From: a virus
Lineage: Duplodnaviria > Caudoviricetes
Reading direction: 5' to 3' (one strand)
DNA: 60,233 nt
Virus record (IMG/VR): IMGVR_UViG_3300009428_000008
Coordinates: 1 to 60,233 of that record
The notes under the pieces are model-generated. The model did no database searches. It worked only from the letters and a program-made list of their open reading frames with translations, and had not been told where the DNA came from. The position numbers and the translations under genes were made by a program. This document shows positions 18,701 to 28,174 of the stretch, piece by piece; the stretch's first letter is position 1; each line of letters starts with the position of its first letter.

Positions 18701-21700
18701 AATATTTTTAGAGCTACAGTACTTAAGGTTAGTGGTTCTAGAGTTCATGAATTAAGCATTGTTCAAGATGGATCTACAGGATGGTCAAGTGCATCTGAAA
18801 TTTGGGCATATTCACAGGCAGTTAATTCTCTTAACGATCCTACCATTGGGGTAGGATTTGCTAATCAATACCCAAACAATTCAGGTCCAACAGTATTTGA
18901 TATAACTACAGTTCCATCATTTGCAGGCTCAGGCTCATCACCTGCATATGTAGTACCTGATGGAGTTGCTCTTAGATTTAAAGCTCCAAAAGGTCCACCT
19001 TCATCAAGTTATGGTGGTTCATTTTATAGTCAATCAATAATAGTTAAAAAATCTAACGGTACTAATGACAGTCAGATGGATTGGGGTATTAGTTTATTTT
19101 ATGAAGATCAACCTACAGGCTCCTACAGTGGTTCAAGTTTTAGTGATTACTACAATTATGGTAAATTAAGATTTTATATGTCTGCCTCACAAGCAGATGG
19201 AGGTGTTCAGGTATCAGATGATATTTATTTACCCTTCTTTGATGGAGGATGGTGGAGTGTTTTACTTCAAAGAGATCAACACGTAAGTATTGCTGATGAT
19301 TCTCTTCCAACTACCTACACTATGTTTGCCGCTAATAAACAAGATAATGGCTGGGATGGTAATTCTTTAGGATTTTCTGGATCTGTAAGTATGAGCTCAG
19401 CACCAATACCTTTTAATAGTGGTTATGGTGGAGGTTTTTATGATGAAGCTATTTATAATACTGATAGTGGTTCAATTAAAACATCACTAAATAATGCTTG
19501 GAATTCCTATGGTGTTACAAATGTTGATGGTGTTTATGTTGGTGGTTATGTATCAGGTTCAGATATAATGACTGAAATATCTAATGAAAATGGTAAAATA
19601 TTCTCAGGATCTTTTCAAGAATTTAGATATTATTCAAATAATATTTCAAAAGAAGTATTCAATGATTTTGTAATGAATCCAGAATCTATTGAGGGAAATA
19701 ATATTACAGGATCAGAAAGCTCATTTGATATAGTAAATTTTAGAGCACCTTTAGGTAATGAATTAGAATATAAATTTATAGCAATTGCTGAAGTTACGGA
19801 AGCAACTAATAGTTATGGTACTGCTCTTTATGATGTAGATCCTTATGGGGGGGTAGGATTTAGCAATGAATTTACCAATAAACAAACATCAGTTCACCCT
19901 GCAATTACAGGCTCAGCTGTTGTAGTAATTACAGGTTCTTTCTATAACCCCGCAACTGGGGGGATAACTTCAAGTTATGATTTTATAGAATATGGAAATT
20001 TAAGTGGATCTGTATATAGTAAAACAAATGTAGAAACTTATTTCTTAGATCAACCTTCAATAGGAATTAGAAATAGAGTATCAAATAAAATACAAGTAGA
20101 AGATGGAGATGCTTATGGTAAGGTTTTATCAAAATACCAAAGTATAGATCAAAACTACTTAATTAGTCAAAGTTATACTGAAGATATTACAAGTTTAGAA
20201 GTTGGTTTTTCACCACAAGATGAAGTAAATGATGATATCATCGCTGCTTTTGGTTATGGTGCCGTTTCTTCAGTCATAGCAGATCCAAGATTCTTCTTTG
20301 ATTCACAGGATGATTATTATCCTAAATTAAGACAAATATCAGAAGAATACTTTAAAAAATATACAACAGGTAATATTCAAGATTATTTAAGATTAATTAA
20401 ATATTTTGACAATTCCTTATTTAAGGCAATTAAGTCATACGTACCAGCTCGTACTAGTGTGACTACCGGCGTTATAATCAAGCAAAATATGTTGGAGCGT
20501 AATCGTGTCCGACCCGTAAGAGTTAACCCAAATACTATAATAGCATACACATCAGAAACAGGATCTATAGCTGGGGATGTATCTCCAACTGAAACTGGAA
20601 TGAACAGTGCAATTTCATATAGAAATATAGAAATAACAGGTAATATTAATATAGGAACATTAAGTGGTTTACATGGTAATGTTCCACCAAATTTAGAGGG
20701 TAAAGTATCATCCAGTGGTGCTGGATTTAACATTGTTCCTGTAACACAAAGTTGGAATGGAGCTCATAAAACTCCAGCAGGATTAATTAATTTTACAGAT
20801 TCATCATCAACTGAGTTTTACAATGGTGAGTATAGTGGTAGTACAATAGTTGTTACTTCACAGTCACTACAAAATAATCCTTATACTGTAGATCCAAATT
20901 TAGATATAAATTATACAGTAGCAATTACTTCAAGTACTGGGCAATATAGTTATACTTATCTTTCTGTAATTGATACTTATCCTTCATTTTCTATGTGTAT
21001 GGAATTTTACACTAGAAACCCATCACAAAAAGGATGGAAAGATCAGTTTGATAGTTGGGCGTCATCCCAAACTACTAATGCTACAGGATCTGTGTGGTTA
21101 AATAGAGACCCAGATATAGAAAATAGATTTTACATAGATGGAATACAATTTTCAAATGTAGCATCTACATTAGGTAGTGGTATTGGATCAAATAATTCAT
21201 TTGAACCTGGAGCTGCGTTTGGTTTATCTCATACATCTAATGGAGGTTATCAAAATAATTGGCAATTGGCTCCAAGAATAGAAATCCCTCTACCCCCAAG
21301 AGAAGGATCAGGCTTAATAGATATTGAAGCTCTACCATCATCCCCTAATTATGTAGCAACAAATACTATAGGTCCATATTTTAAAATGGATATATCAGGC
21401 TCAATTGATAGTATAGGAGCTGCCCCAAATACTGCATTTAAAACTAATAATGGAAAAATGGGAGGTTTAGATGATAATATAATCATTTCTACTATGTTGG
21501 GTGCTAATAATATAATTGAAAAAACAGCAGGTTATATTAATAATGCAGGTCTCACAGAAGGTCTTTGTAAATATTGGTATGCTGATGCTTATCTTCAAAA
21601 TGCTAGATATATAAGCTTAGTTGATGTTAATAGTGGTAATCCAACCCCATTTCCTGATCCCGTTGGTGTTTTTACAGGCTCAATTCAGATGGAAATAAGG

Positions 21701-23920
21701 ATTTCAAATTACGATACTTTTAATAATTTTTCATACTTTGCTTACAATACATCAACACCCCCTTCCCTCCCTGAAATAGGAAGTGCTAGTTTAAATTTAA
21801 TAGGAAGTACATGGACTGGCTCCTTTAGTGATTATGGTGTTTGGTCACCCTTATCTTTAGTAGTTAATGAAAGAAGTATAGATCCAACAACAGGTTTAGA
21901 AATAGATAATACAGATACACTACTAAATGCTCCTGATTTTGATTTTGATATTACAAATTATTCAGGAACACCAGAAAGTTTACCTATAAACTTTAAAGCA
22001 AATAATCAATCAATTAATGGAATCGTAACATATCAATCCCCCGCAGATCGAACATCAGTAGGGTTTAGATATACTCCTCTAACAAGTCAACAATTTACGG
22101 GATCATCTGGACCAAATACTGGGGGTGCTTTAAATGCTTTATTTGTTCCAACAGGATCACAATCTCCACAAACTTTATGGTTTGACCCTACATCCCCATC
22201 TCAAACATTTTATAATTCTAATTTCAACCCATTAATTAATAATGTATCTGAAAGTATAGATAATACATACATACAAGTAGTAGAATATGCTGATGGTCCT
22301 GTTCCTTCAAACTTCGATCTTATAGTTAATAGAACAGCTAAAAAAGCACAAATACCAGATAGTTTCTATACTCAAAAGGCATCAATTCTTCCAAGATATG
22401 TAGGAAGTACTTTAGAAAGTGCTGATTATAATACTTATACACCATCAGGAAGTATTACATTTTTAAATAATATAACAGGAAGCGCAACACAAGTATCAGG
22501 ATCCGGGTGGGATGGTGATGTTAGTTTTGGTAAAACTTCAGTAATTGATAAAAACCCAATTTACTTTGCTCACTATAAATCATCAAAAGAAAATTATGAA
22601 TTATGGGATACTTATACATTTAACATTGATCAGTTAATTTTATGCCCTACAGAAGCTATATTAGGATCAAAAGCACCTGAAAATCCTGTAGTTATTAAAA
22701 TTGATGGGAGTAATGATAACTTATCGGAGGTCAGAAGTACTTTTGAATATGGAAGACAAATATCAGTAGCTTATAATGCAGGTAAAGTTGCAAAATCTGT
22801 ATCCCAATCTATATTTTATTCTACTTTAAAAATAGGAACTCAAGGAATATATCAAGGTGGTTTAGAGTATAATATGGTTATAGGATCTGAACCATCAAGA
22901 ATAACAAACCTAAGGGCAATAAATTTTAATGTGGCTGAGTGGAATCAATTATATTATACTGAAGACCTCGGTCAGGTAAATCGAGAGTTTGTTAATTTAC
23001 AATCCGGTGCACTTCCAAATGGTGGGGTACCATCAGGTTCTAATTATGGTACAGCTAAATGTTGGATGACAACAGGATCAAATACTTTAATATTACAAGG
23101 TGGAGGTATAGCTATATCAGCATCAACTGGGTTAGATAGAGTTTCCTATAACAACCACGTTCAAACATTATATGGTCCTGGATTAGGTGTAATCCATTCT
23201 TTTAATAAATATGCTCAACTTCGCAAAGTATTCATAGATTTTCCTCTTAATAGTACTGATTTTGGTCAACTTGGAATACCTGATGGTTTTAAAATGAATA
23301 CCGGTTCTGTTGATAATTATCACACATTTAATATTTCCGAAACAGCAAATAATGTCAATAATTCAGCATCAATATTAACTCCTTCAGTACCAGGAATAGA
23401 TAATTATGAAGATTTTAACATACCCTTTCTTATTAATAAGGGAGACGAAATAAGAGTTACTTGGAATCCCAATTCAGGCTCTGGAGACCCACAATTTTTC
23501 AGAACAGAAGATTTTACAGTAATAGATACCCCAACATCTCCTATAGAAGATCAAGATTATTTTGTCCGTTTAAAGAAAACTTTATTCCAATTTGATTATT
23601 ATTTTGCACCATCATCTTCATTATATAATCAATTAACTGTTTATCCTGATCCTTCTAATTATGATATTGTAAATGGGGAAATTTATGGTTTTACAGTTAG
23701 AAGAAGAGTAAATGCTGATGATAGGGTAATAGTATATCAAACCCCACCAACAGGATCTGCAGGTATTAATACATTATCCCCATCAGGATATTTAATACCA
23801 AATGATTTTTCAGCAGTACAAAAAAGAAATGTACAAACTATAATAAATCAATTAAAAGCTAAAAATGCCTTTTCTTCAGATGAAGCAAATGATAATAGCA
23901 ACAGTAACATGCAGTCTTAA
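15761..23920 (+). CDS. giant baseplate/tail protein (gp7-like wedge region plus LamG-like domain and variable inserts)
   Basis: 2719 aa; KKKGTISGLRQLINVWGIP..LRINEFGG (wedge/P2-I-like motif); FFDGGWWSVLL...FSGSFQEFRYY (LamG-like); IKSYVPART. Confidence 0.7.
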   Translation: MEYENNNFLSGVEIPISASMMPIAPRELTSDSFITPEDEAIIPNSGLTSSFAPTENIVEFYAYDAQKNIISRNYDFKDWKITQNSANTEVPTDFTDDQGLEVIVSSTGSIPTDYIEVNPPVDLYNLGFDNGEVYALYNFINYELSSSIDNTYYISEISGDRTEVRIKSNTISNGDIRSTYKKFRQQFNSQEYFDEFYLGLFDNRYEICTNIFLEQEDEQASILLKLYNELDPSISTGSQVYVATKVGETVSYKVKFEEDFRSFIDNATYIKGPNINIPLQDLINNSTTLKNKEELLNSPSSASVDSVLNILNKTGVTLTPNYSYDTFEEFINFSSAKERLNNFVEKVTQIQSHEADISALIAITGSNPTVTPVSQSLASAQSSITNLVENFDGYENYLYYNTSSAFAYPKTGSYYPFPLLPTTDQEVVEWIGSDVEGSQYYGGYLLSASLYDEDNQNYLYYTIPTFITENSNNDDYTTFSNMVGQSFDEVWMYTKALSERYNTTNDPEKGLPLDLAADAIKGLGFETFGNNYDNQDNFIGLAGENNGTYTPPTGSELITDYIAINGGSVMLYWDYDYSWADYVEEFIEYGWPYAIDKVSKEIYKRLYHNMAYLTKKKGTISGLRQLINVWGIPNTILRINEFGGKNRDNTDDYDLWYNRYNYTYTPVAAQNFMASSSVKIPWMPLLRNKIVADNPPNPIINPTTIVNQGYGQFLGGRVMSYDGTPGTSNQYEITGSGLGGPNLGSGGLSTLRTIANNGAPQGLIPSSSLINDVKVFSPVTITGANTQTNSGVLNGIDSYFTVTGGGVGGEIVVYSDLSGGIDRIFINSNGTGQRGGLGYTTSSIITITAAQLNSINGTLGNSMSGADYQYSVTSADLQDGSPTQIITDNNWTVGTTSSLSTRTGTITGGGSGLFVKFDIIGNVLYNLQVADYGADGSTIPLDTNTFAGGWDYNVGDIISLASSINPFGNQDVPQSWYSGNNIFRATVLKVSGSRVHELSIVQDGSTGWSSASEIWAYSQAVNSLNDPTIGVGFANQYPNNSGPTVFDITTVPSFAGSGSSPAYVVPDGVALRFKAPKGPPSSSYGGSFYSQSIIVKKSNGTNDSQMDWGISLFYEDQPTGSYSGSSFSDYYNYGKLRFYMSASQADGGVQVSDDIYLPFFDGGWWSVLLQRDQHVSIADDSLPTTYTMFAANKQDNGWDGNSLGFSGSVSMSSAPIPFNSGYGGGFYDEAIYNTDSGSIKTSLNNAWNSYGVTNVDGVYVGGYVSGSDIMTEISNENGKIFSGSFQEFRYYSNNISKEVFNDFVMNPESIEGNNITGSESSFDIVNFRAPLGNELEYKFIAIAEVTEATNSYGTALYDVDPYGGVGFSNEFTNKQTSVHPAITGSAVVVITGSFYNPATGGITSSYDFIEYGNLSGSVYSKTNVETYFLDQPSIGIRNRVSNKIQVEDGDAYGKVLSKYQSIDQNYLISQSYTEDITSLEVGFSPQDEVNDDIIAAFGYGAVSSVIADPRFFFDSQDDYYPKLRQISEEYFKKYTTGNIQDYLRLIKYFDNSLFKAIKSYVPARTSVTTGVIIKQNMLERNRVRPVRVNPNTIIAYTSETGSIAGDVSPTETGMNSAISYRNIEITGNINIGTLSGLHGNVPPNLEGKVSSSGAGFNIVPVTQSWNGAHKTPAGLINFTDSSSTEFYNGEYSGSTIVVTSQSLQNNPYTVDPNLDINYTVAITSSTGQYSYTYLSVIDTYPSFSMCMEFYTRNPSQKGWKDQFDSWASSQTTNATGSVWLNRDPDIENRFYIDGIQFSNVASTLGSGIGSNNSFEPGAAFGLSHTSNGGYQNNWQLAPRIEIPLPPREGSGLIDIEALPSSPNYVATNTIGPYFKMDISGSIDSIGAAPNTAFKTNNGKMGGLDDNIIISTMLGANNIIEKTAGYINNAGLTEGLCKYWYADAYLQNARYISLVDVNSGNPTPFPDPVGVFTGSIQMEIRISNYDTFNNFSYFAYNTSTPPSLPEIGSASLNLIGSTWTGSFSDYGVWSPLSLVVNERSIDPTTGLEIDNTDTLLNAPDFDFDITNYSGTPESLPINFKANNQSINGIVTYQSPADRTSVGFRYTPLTSQQFTGSSGPNTGGALNALFVPTGSQSPQTLWFDPTSPSQTFYNSNFNPLINNVSESIDNTYIQVVEYADGPVPSNFDLIVNRTAKKAQIPDSFYTQKASILPRYVGSTLESADYNTYTPSGSITFLNNITGSATQVSGSGWDGDVSFGKTSVIDKNPIYFAHYKSSKENYELWDTYTFNIDQLILCPTEAILGSKAPENPVVIKIDGSNDNLSEVRSTFEYGRQISVAYNAGKVAKSVSQSIFYSTLKIGTQGIYQGGLEYNMVIGSEPSRITNLRAINFNVAEWNQLYYTEDLGQVNREFVNLQSGALPNGGVPSGSNYGTAKCWMTTGSNTLILQGGGIAISASTGLDRVSYNNHVQTLYGPGLGVIHSFNKYAQLRKVFIDFPLNSTDFGQLGIPDGFKMNTGSVDNYHTFNISETANNVNNSASILTPSVPGIDNYEDFNIPFLINKGDEIRVTWNPNSGSGDPQFFRTEDFTVIDTPTSPIEDQDYFVRLKKTLFQFDYYFAPSSSLYNQLTVYPDPSNYDIVNGEIYGFTVRRRVNADDRVIVYQTPPTGSAGINTLSPSGYLIPNDFSAVQKRNVQTIINQLKAKNAFSSDEANDNSNSNMQS

Positions 23921-23926
23921 TATAGC

Positions 23927-23960
23927 TTGGATTAAAAACAAAATTAACGTATATTTATAA
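23927..23960 (+). promoter_or_regulatory. fused early+late promoter
   Basis: TTGG(23927)-N17-CGTATATT overlapping ATATTTATAA(23951). Confidence 0.65.
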
Positions 23961-23976
23961 TTAAAACAATATAATA

Positions 23977-24660
23977 ATGGGATATTTAAATAATCAGGTA
24001 GTAACAGTCGATGCTATCTTAACAACAAAAGGAAGAGAGCTCTTAGCTAGAGGTGATGGTTCTTTCAACATAAGAGCATTCGCTTTGTCAGATGATGAAA
24101 TTGATTATACTTTGTATAATCCAACAAACCCATCAGGCTCTGCTTATTATGGTGAAGCAATTCAAAATATGCCTCTATTAGAAGCATTTCCGGATGAAAC
24201 TCAAATGATGAAGTATAAGCTAGTAACTCTTCCAAGAGACACAGCTAAAATGCCAGTTGTTACAGCCGGTGGAGTATCAGTAGTTACTTTAAAACAAACA
24301 GGACAAATTACAATTACACCTCAAACATTAAATTACTTAGGTAACAATTCAGTTCAAGAATCTTCAGGATATTCATTTACAGTAAGTGATGTAAGACAAT
24401 TTGCTAGTCAAAATGGTGTAATGGGTCAAGGTATTACAACTGATGCTTCTGTTGCTTTAAACGCAGTATCAATGCAAACTAATGGTACTAATGTATCAAG
24501 AACAGTAATTGGTATGCAGTGTGTATTAACAGCAACTGGTGTTAGTACATTATTTGGTGCAGCCGGTAACACAACAGCAACACTATACAGTTTACTATCA
24601 ATTATAGGTTTAGACTCAGGAGCAAGAATACAAATTCCAATCCAAATCACTAGAACATAA
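23977..24660 (+). CDS. tail/baseplate structural protein
   Basis: DAILTTKGRELLA...FALSDDEIDY resembles the tail-collar fibre N-terminal motif. Confidence 0.6.
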   Translation: MGYLNNQVVTVDAILTTKGRELLARGDGSFNIRAFALSDDEIDYTLYNPTNPSGSAYYGEAIQNMPLLEAFPDETQMMKYKLVTLPRDTAKMPVVTAGGVSVVTLKQTGQITITPQTLNYLGNNSVQESSGYSFTVSDVRQFASQNGVMGQGITTDASVALNAVSMQTNGTNVSRTVIGMQCVLTATGVSTLFGAAGNTTATLYSLLSIIGLDSGARIQIPIQITRT

Positions 24661-24672
24661 ACAAAAAAAAAT

Positions 24673-25791
24673 ATGGCAGCCCAAGACAATAAAAACCCAG
24701 CAAGACGAAATAACCAAACAGGTGAATCACCAGTTATTCCTGCTTTTTCAACTGCAGTACCTCAAAATACAATTGCAACTTTTTCAACATTTGAATCTCA
24801 AGATTTATTAATTAGTACTGAGAATGTAACAAGTACAGTGTGGGAGGGTAACCAACCAACATTAACTAATTATTATACTTCTTCAACCCAAGTAGGTAGT
24901 TCAACAGGTCAGTTTTATTATAATGTATGGGCATCTGTAGAAGCTACAGGATCTATACAATTTGCAATGGCTTACTGTGACGCTGATGGAAGTGGAAGTT
25001 TATTATATAACCCAAATGTTCCTCAATTATCCCCAACAAGAACTAATTATGGTCAATATAGAAATTTAGTATTAGGAGATGAAAACGCAAATTTTGTATT
25101 TGGTAATCAATCATCATCTTACTTCTATGCTTTACCTATAGAAAGATCCGGATATAAAGAAGAATTACTTCCAGGAGTTTGGACAATGACTCTTGGTGCT
25201 TTACGTCTTACAGATGATAGTAAAGTTAACCAAGCAGCTATATTTTCAGATGCTGGTAGAGTATATAATATAGTTTCAGGATCAGCAGGTACTGTTAATA
25301 CTACAGTAAATACTCAAGGTTGGTCAGAAGGTTCGGGATCGTATGGTTGGTTCTTACCGGACATTGCAACCTTACTTTTAAGTGGTGAAGCTTTAGATAG
25401 TTTAGTAGCTGATGGTGGTACAAATTTAACTACTGTTAGGGGTAGTAATACTGAAGATAATAATCCTGAATTATTATACCAAAAATTAGAAACAGGAGGA
25501 CAAGCTGCTAATGGTGGGTGGACATTAAATTCATCTGAGCAACTATCATCTGATTTTATTTTCTGTAGAGCAAGAAGTCAAAACTTTAACTACTCAACCA
25601 ACCCATCATTTATTTCAGGATCAGATGGATCTGTTTTATATAATTCATTTATTAACGATCCTCAAGTATACATTACAACTGTAGGTTTATATAGTGATGA
25701 TCAAGAATTAGTAGCAGTAGCTAAACTATCAAGACCACTATTAAAGGATTTTACTAAAGAATTACTTGTAAGAATAAAATTAGACTTTTAA
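24673..25791 (+). CDS. tail/baseplate structural protein
   Basis: C-terminal YITTVGLYSDDQELVAVAKLSRP; paralogue of the next gene. Confidence 0.65.
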   Translation: MAAQDNKNPARRNNQTGESPVIPAFSTAVPQNTIATFSTFESQDLLISTENVTSTVWEGNQPTLTNYYTSSTQVGSSTGQFYYNVWASVEATGSIQFAMAYCDADGSGSLLYNPNVPQLSPTRTNYGQYRNLVLGDENANFVFGNQSSSYFYALPIERSGYKEELLPGVWTMTLGALRLTDDSKVNQAAIFSDAGRVYNIVSGSAGTVNTTVNTQGWSEGSGSYGWFLPDIATLLLSGEALDSLVADGGTNLTTVRGSNTEDNNPELLYQKLETGGQAANGGWTLNSSEQLSSDFIFCRARSQNFNYSTNPSFISGSDGSVLYNSFINDPQVYITTVGLYSDDQELVAVAKLSRPLLKDFTKELLVRIKLDF

Positions 25792-25794
25792 TGA

Positions 25795-26757
25795 ATGGGT
25801 GCATGGAAACAATTCACAACTAAGGACGTTACACAAACTCCTTTTACAGCAGATAAAGGTTGGAACCTAACAGGATCAGTAATGACTGGCTCTGACTATG
25901 GTGTTAACTTTTTTCAAGGAGAAGATGTTGATTATTTAGCTTACAATAATTATTCTACAGGATTTGTATTTACATCTTCTTACAATTCTGTTTATAATAG
26001 TGCTAAGCAGTTATACTATACAAATTATAGAACTTCAAGTACTGGAGATTATCTTACCACAGCTAGTGTAATAAGAGGTGTAACAAGAGAAGACGATAGA
26101 TTAACAGGTCCCATTCAATCTCCTTTATATGATAATTATTTACAATCTTCATTAACTCAACAAAGAAACCTTAGAAGTAGATGTTCAATTATTTCAATAC
26201 CAACAAAACTTTTTGGTGAAAAAATAATGCCTTATACCTTTGAACTAAACTATACAGGATCATATGGAATATCAGGAATACGACAATTAGTTGATGATGG
26301 TGAGGGTAATGTTATAGATCCAACTATAACCCCTATCCCAGGTAAAGTAACTAATATTATGGGACAAATATTTTACTCCCAAGGAATGGTAGTATTAACA
26401 GACTCAGATTGGGATACTTTTTCAACTATTGTAGCTGAGTCTGAAAGTGGGTTTAAAGAATTAATAAATGTAGGTATTAATTTCTCCTCATCACTTACAA
26501 TTCACGAAAATCAATATAAGTGTACTATATTAGAAAATGAGTTTGGGGTTTCAACTAATCCATCTCTACTTTCTTCATCATTTGAAGGTGATTTAAATTA
26601 TTACTCATGGGCAACAGCTTCATATTTTGAACCTTACGTAACTTGTGTAGGTTTATATAATGAAGCACAACAGTTAGTAGCTGTAGGAAAATTATCATTT
26701 CCACTACCAGTATCAAAATTTACAGATACTACAGTTATTGTAAACTACGATATATGA
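25795..26757 (+). CDS. tail/baseplate structural protein
   Basis: C-terminal YVTCVGLYNEAQQLVAVGKLSFP; LVDDGEGN motif. Confidence 0.65.
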   Translation: MGAWKQFTTKDVTQTPFTADKGWNLTGSVMTGSDYGVNFFQGEDVDYLAYNNYSTGFVFTSSYNSVYNSAKQLYYTNYRTSSTGDYLTTASVIRGVTREDDRLTGPIQSPLYDNYLQSSLTQQRNLRSRCSIISIPTKLFGEKIMPYTFELNYTGSYGISGIRQLVDDGEGNVIDPTITPIPGKVTNIMGQIFYSQGMVVLTDSDWDTFSTIVAESESGFKELINVGINFSSSLTIHENQYKCTILENEFGVSTNPSLLSSSFEGDLNYYSWATASYFEPYVTCVGLYNEAQQLVAVGKLSFPLPVSKFTDTTVIVNYDI

Positions 26758-27203
26758 TAAATTGGACATATCTTAAAGAAGAAATAACTGACATAAAACA
26801 ATTAGATAAACATATAATGGGATTTGTTTATAGAATTGATCATATTCCATCTAATAAATCTTATATTGGTAAAAAATTTCTTGTATTTACTCGTAAGCAA
26901 AAATTAGGTAAAAAAGAATTAAAAGTATTTGAAGGTCAAAAAGGTAGACCACCTAAATTTAAAATAGTATCTAAAGAATCAGATTGGAAAACATATTGGA
27001 GTTCAAATAAACATTTAGTAAAATTAGTAAAAGGCGAACCTGAAGAAAACTTTAAACGTACTATTATTAGATTTTGTACTAGTAAAAAGGAACTAACATA
27101 TTTTGAAACTAAGTATCAATTTCTACATGAAGTTTTAGAAAATCCAAAAGAATACTTCAATGACAATATTCTCGGAAAATTCTTTACTAAAGATTTCATT
27201 TAA
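26754..27203 (+). CDS. GIY-YIG family protein (Seg-like)
   Basis: GFVYRI...SYIGKK, ESDWKTYWSS, YFE, YFNDNI. Confidence 0.75.
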   Translation: MINWTYLKEEITDIKQLDKHIMGFVYRIDHIPSNKSYIGKKFLVFTRKQKLGKKELKVFEGQKGRPPKFKIVSKESDWKTYWSSNKHLVKLVKGEPEENFKRTIIRFCTSKKELTYFETKYQFLHEVLENPKEYFNDNILGKFFTKDFI

Positions 27204-27241
27204 GCGTTGATGCACCAAATATGTTTCGTATATTACGATTC

Positions 27242-28174
27242 ATGATAAATGAACTATTAGTAAATCTAGTTAATTCTGTTATAGGAACAGGCAAGCGGAC
27301 AGCTAGGGGCAATCAAGCTCACTCATGTCCCTATTGCAATCATGTAAAACCTAAATTAGAAATAAATTTTTCCGAAAATAAAAAAGGTTATAATCCTTGG
27401 CATTGTTGGGTGTGTGATAAAAAAGGAACTCGAATTACATCTTTATTTAAACAAGTAAAAGCAGCTCCCGAAAAATTTGATGAATTATTTAAATTAATTG
27501 GTAATGAACAAGAACATAAAAAAGTTGTATCTGTTACAGATTTAAAATTACCCGAAGAATTTAAATTATTTGAAAATATTACAACCTCAAATATTGCAGG
27601 TAGGAAGGCAGTAGCATATTTAAAAAATAGAGGCATTACAAAAGATGATGTAGATAAATATAATATGGGGTATTGCACATCAGGTAGATATACTAATATG
27701 GTTATAATTCCATCCTATGATGAAACTGGTAAATTAAACTACTTTACAGGCCGTTCATTTGAAAAAGACCCTTATATAAAATATAGAAACCCAGAAACAT
27801 CTCGTGATATTATACCATTTGAGTTGTTTATAAACTGGAAATTACCGTTAATACTGTGTGAGGGACCATTTGACGCCATAGCCATTAAAAGAAACGCAAT
27901 ACCGCTATTAGGCAACAATATACAACAAAATTTAATGAAGCGAATTGTAACATCCACAGTTGAAAAAATTTACATAGCATTAGATAATGATGCTTTAAAA
28001 AAGGCAATATATTTTGCTGAGCAGTTTATAAATGAAGGAAAAGAAGTTCATCTAATTGAACTTAAAGGGAAAGACCCTAGTGAAATGGGATTTACTCAAT
28101 TTACAAATTTAATACAAAAATCAACTCCCCTTACAGAATATAATTTAATGGAGAAAAAATTATCATTAGTATGA
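27242..28174 (+). CDS. DNA primase (zinc finger + TOPRIM); start revised to 27242
   Basis: CPYCNH...WHCWVC; LCEGPFDA; IALDND; KDP; promoter-like GTTG...CGTATATT at 27206-27234 lies inside the longer ORF. Confidence 0.9.
   Translation: MINELLVNLVNSVIGTGKRTARGNQAHSCPYCNHVKPKLEINFSENKKGYNPWHCWVCDKKGTRITSLFKQVKAAPEKFDELFKLIGNEQEHKKVVSVTDLKLPEEFKLFENITTSNIAGRKAVAYLKNRGITKDDVDKYNMGYCTSGRYTNMVIIPSYDETGKLNYFTGRSFEKDPYIKYRNPETSRDIIPFELFINWKLPLILCEGPFDAIAIKRNAIPLLGNNIQQNLMKRIVTSTVEKIYIALDNDALKKAIYFAEQFINEGKEVHLIELKGKDPSEMGFTQFTNLIQKSTPLTEYNLMEKKLSLV

Noticed and set aside
26754-27203. GIY-YIG gene as a mobile homing element
   Set aside because: Short catalytic-domain-only protein with no DNA-binding extension or flanking intron structure; mobility is unsupported
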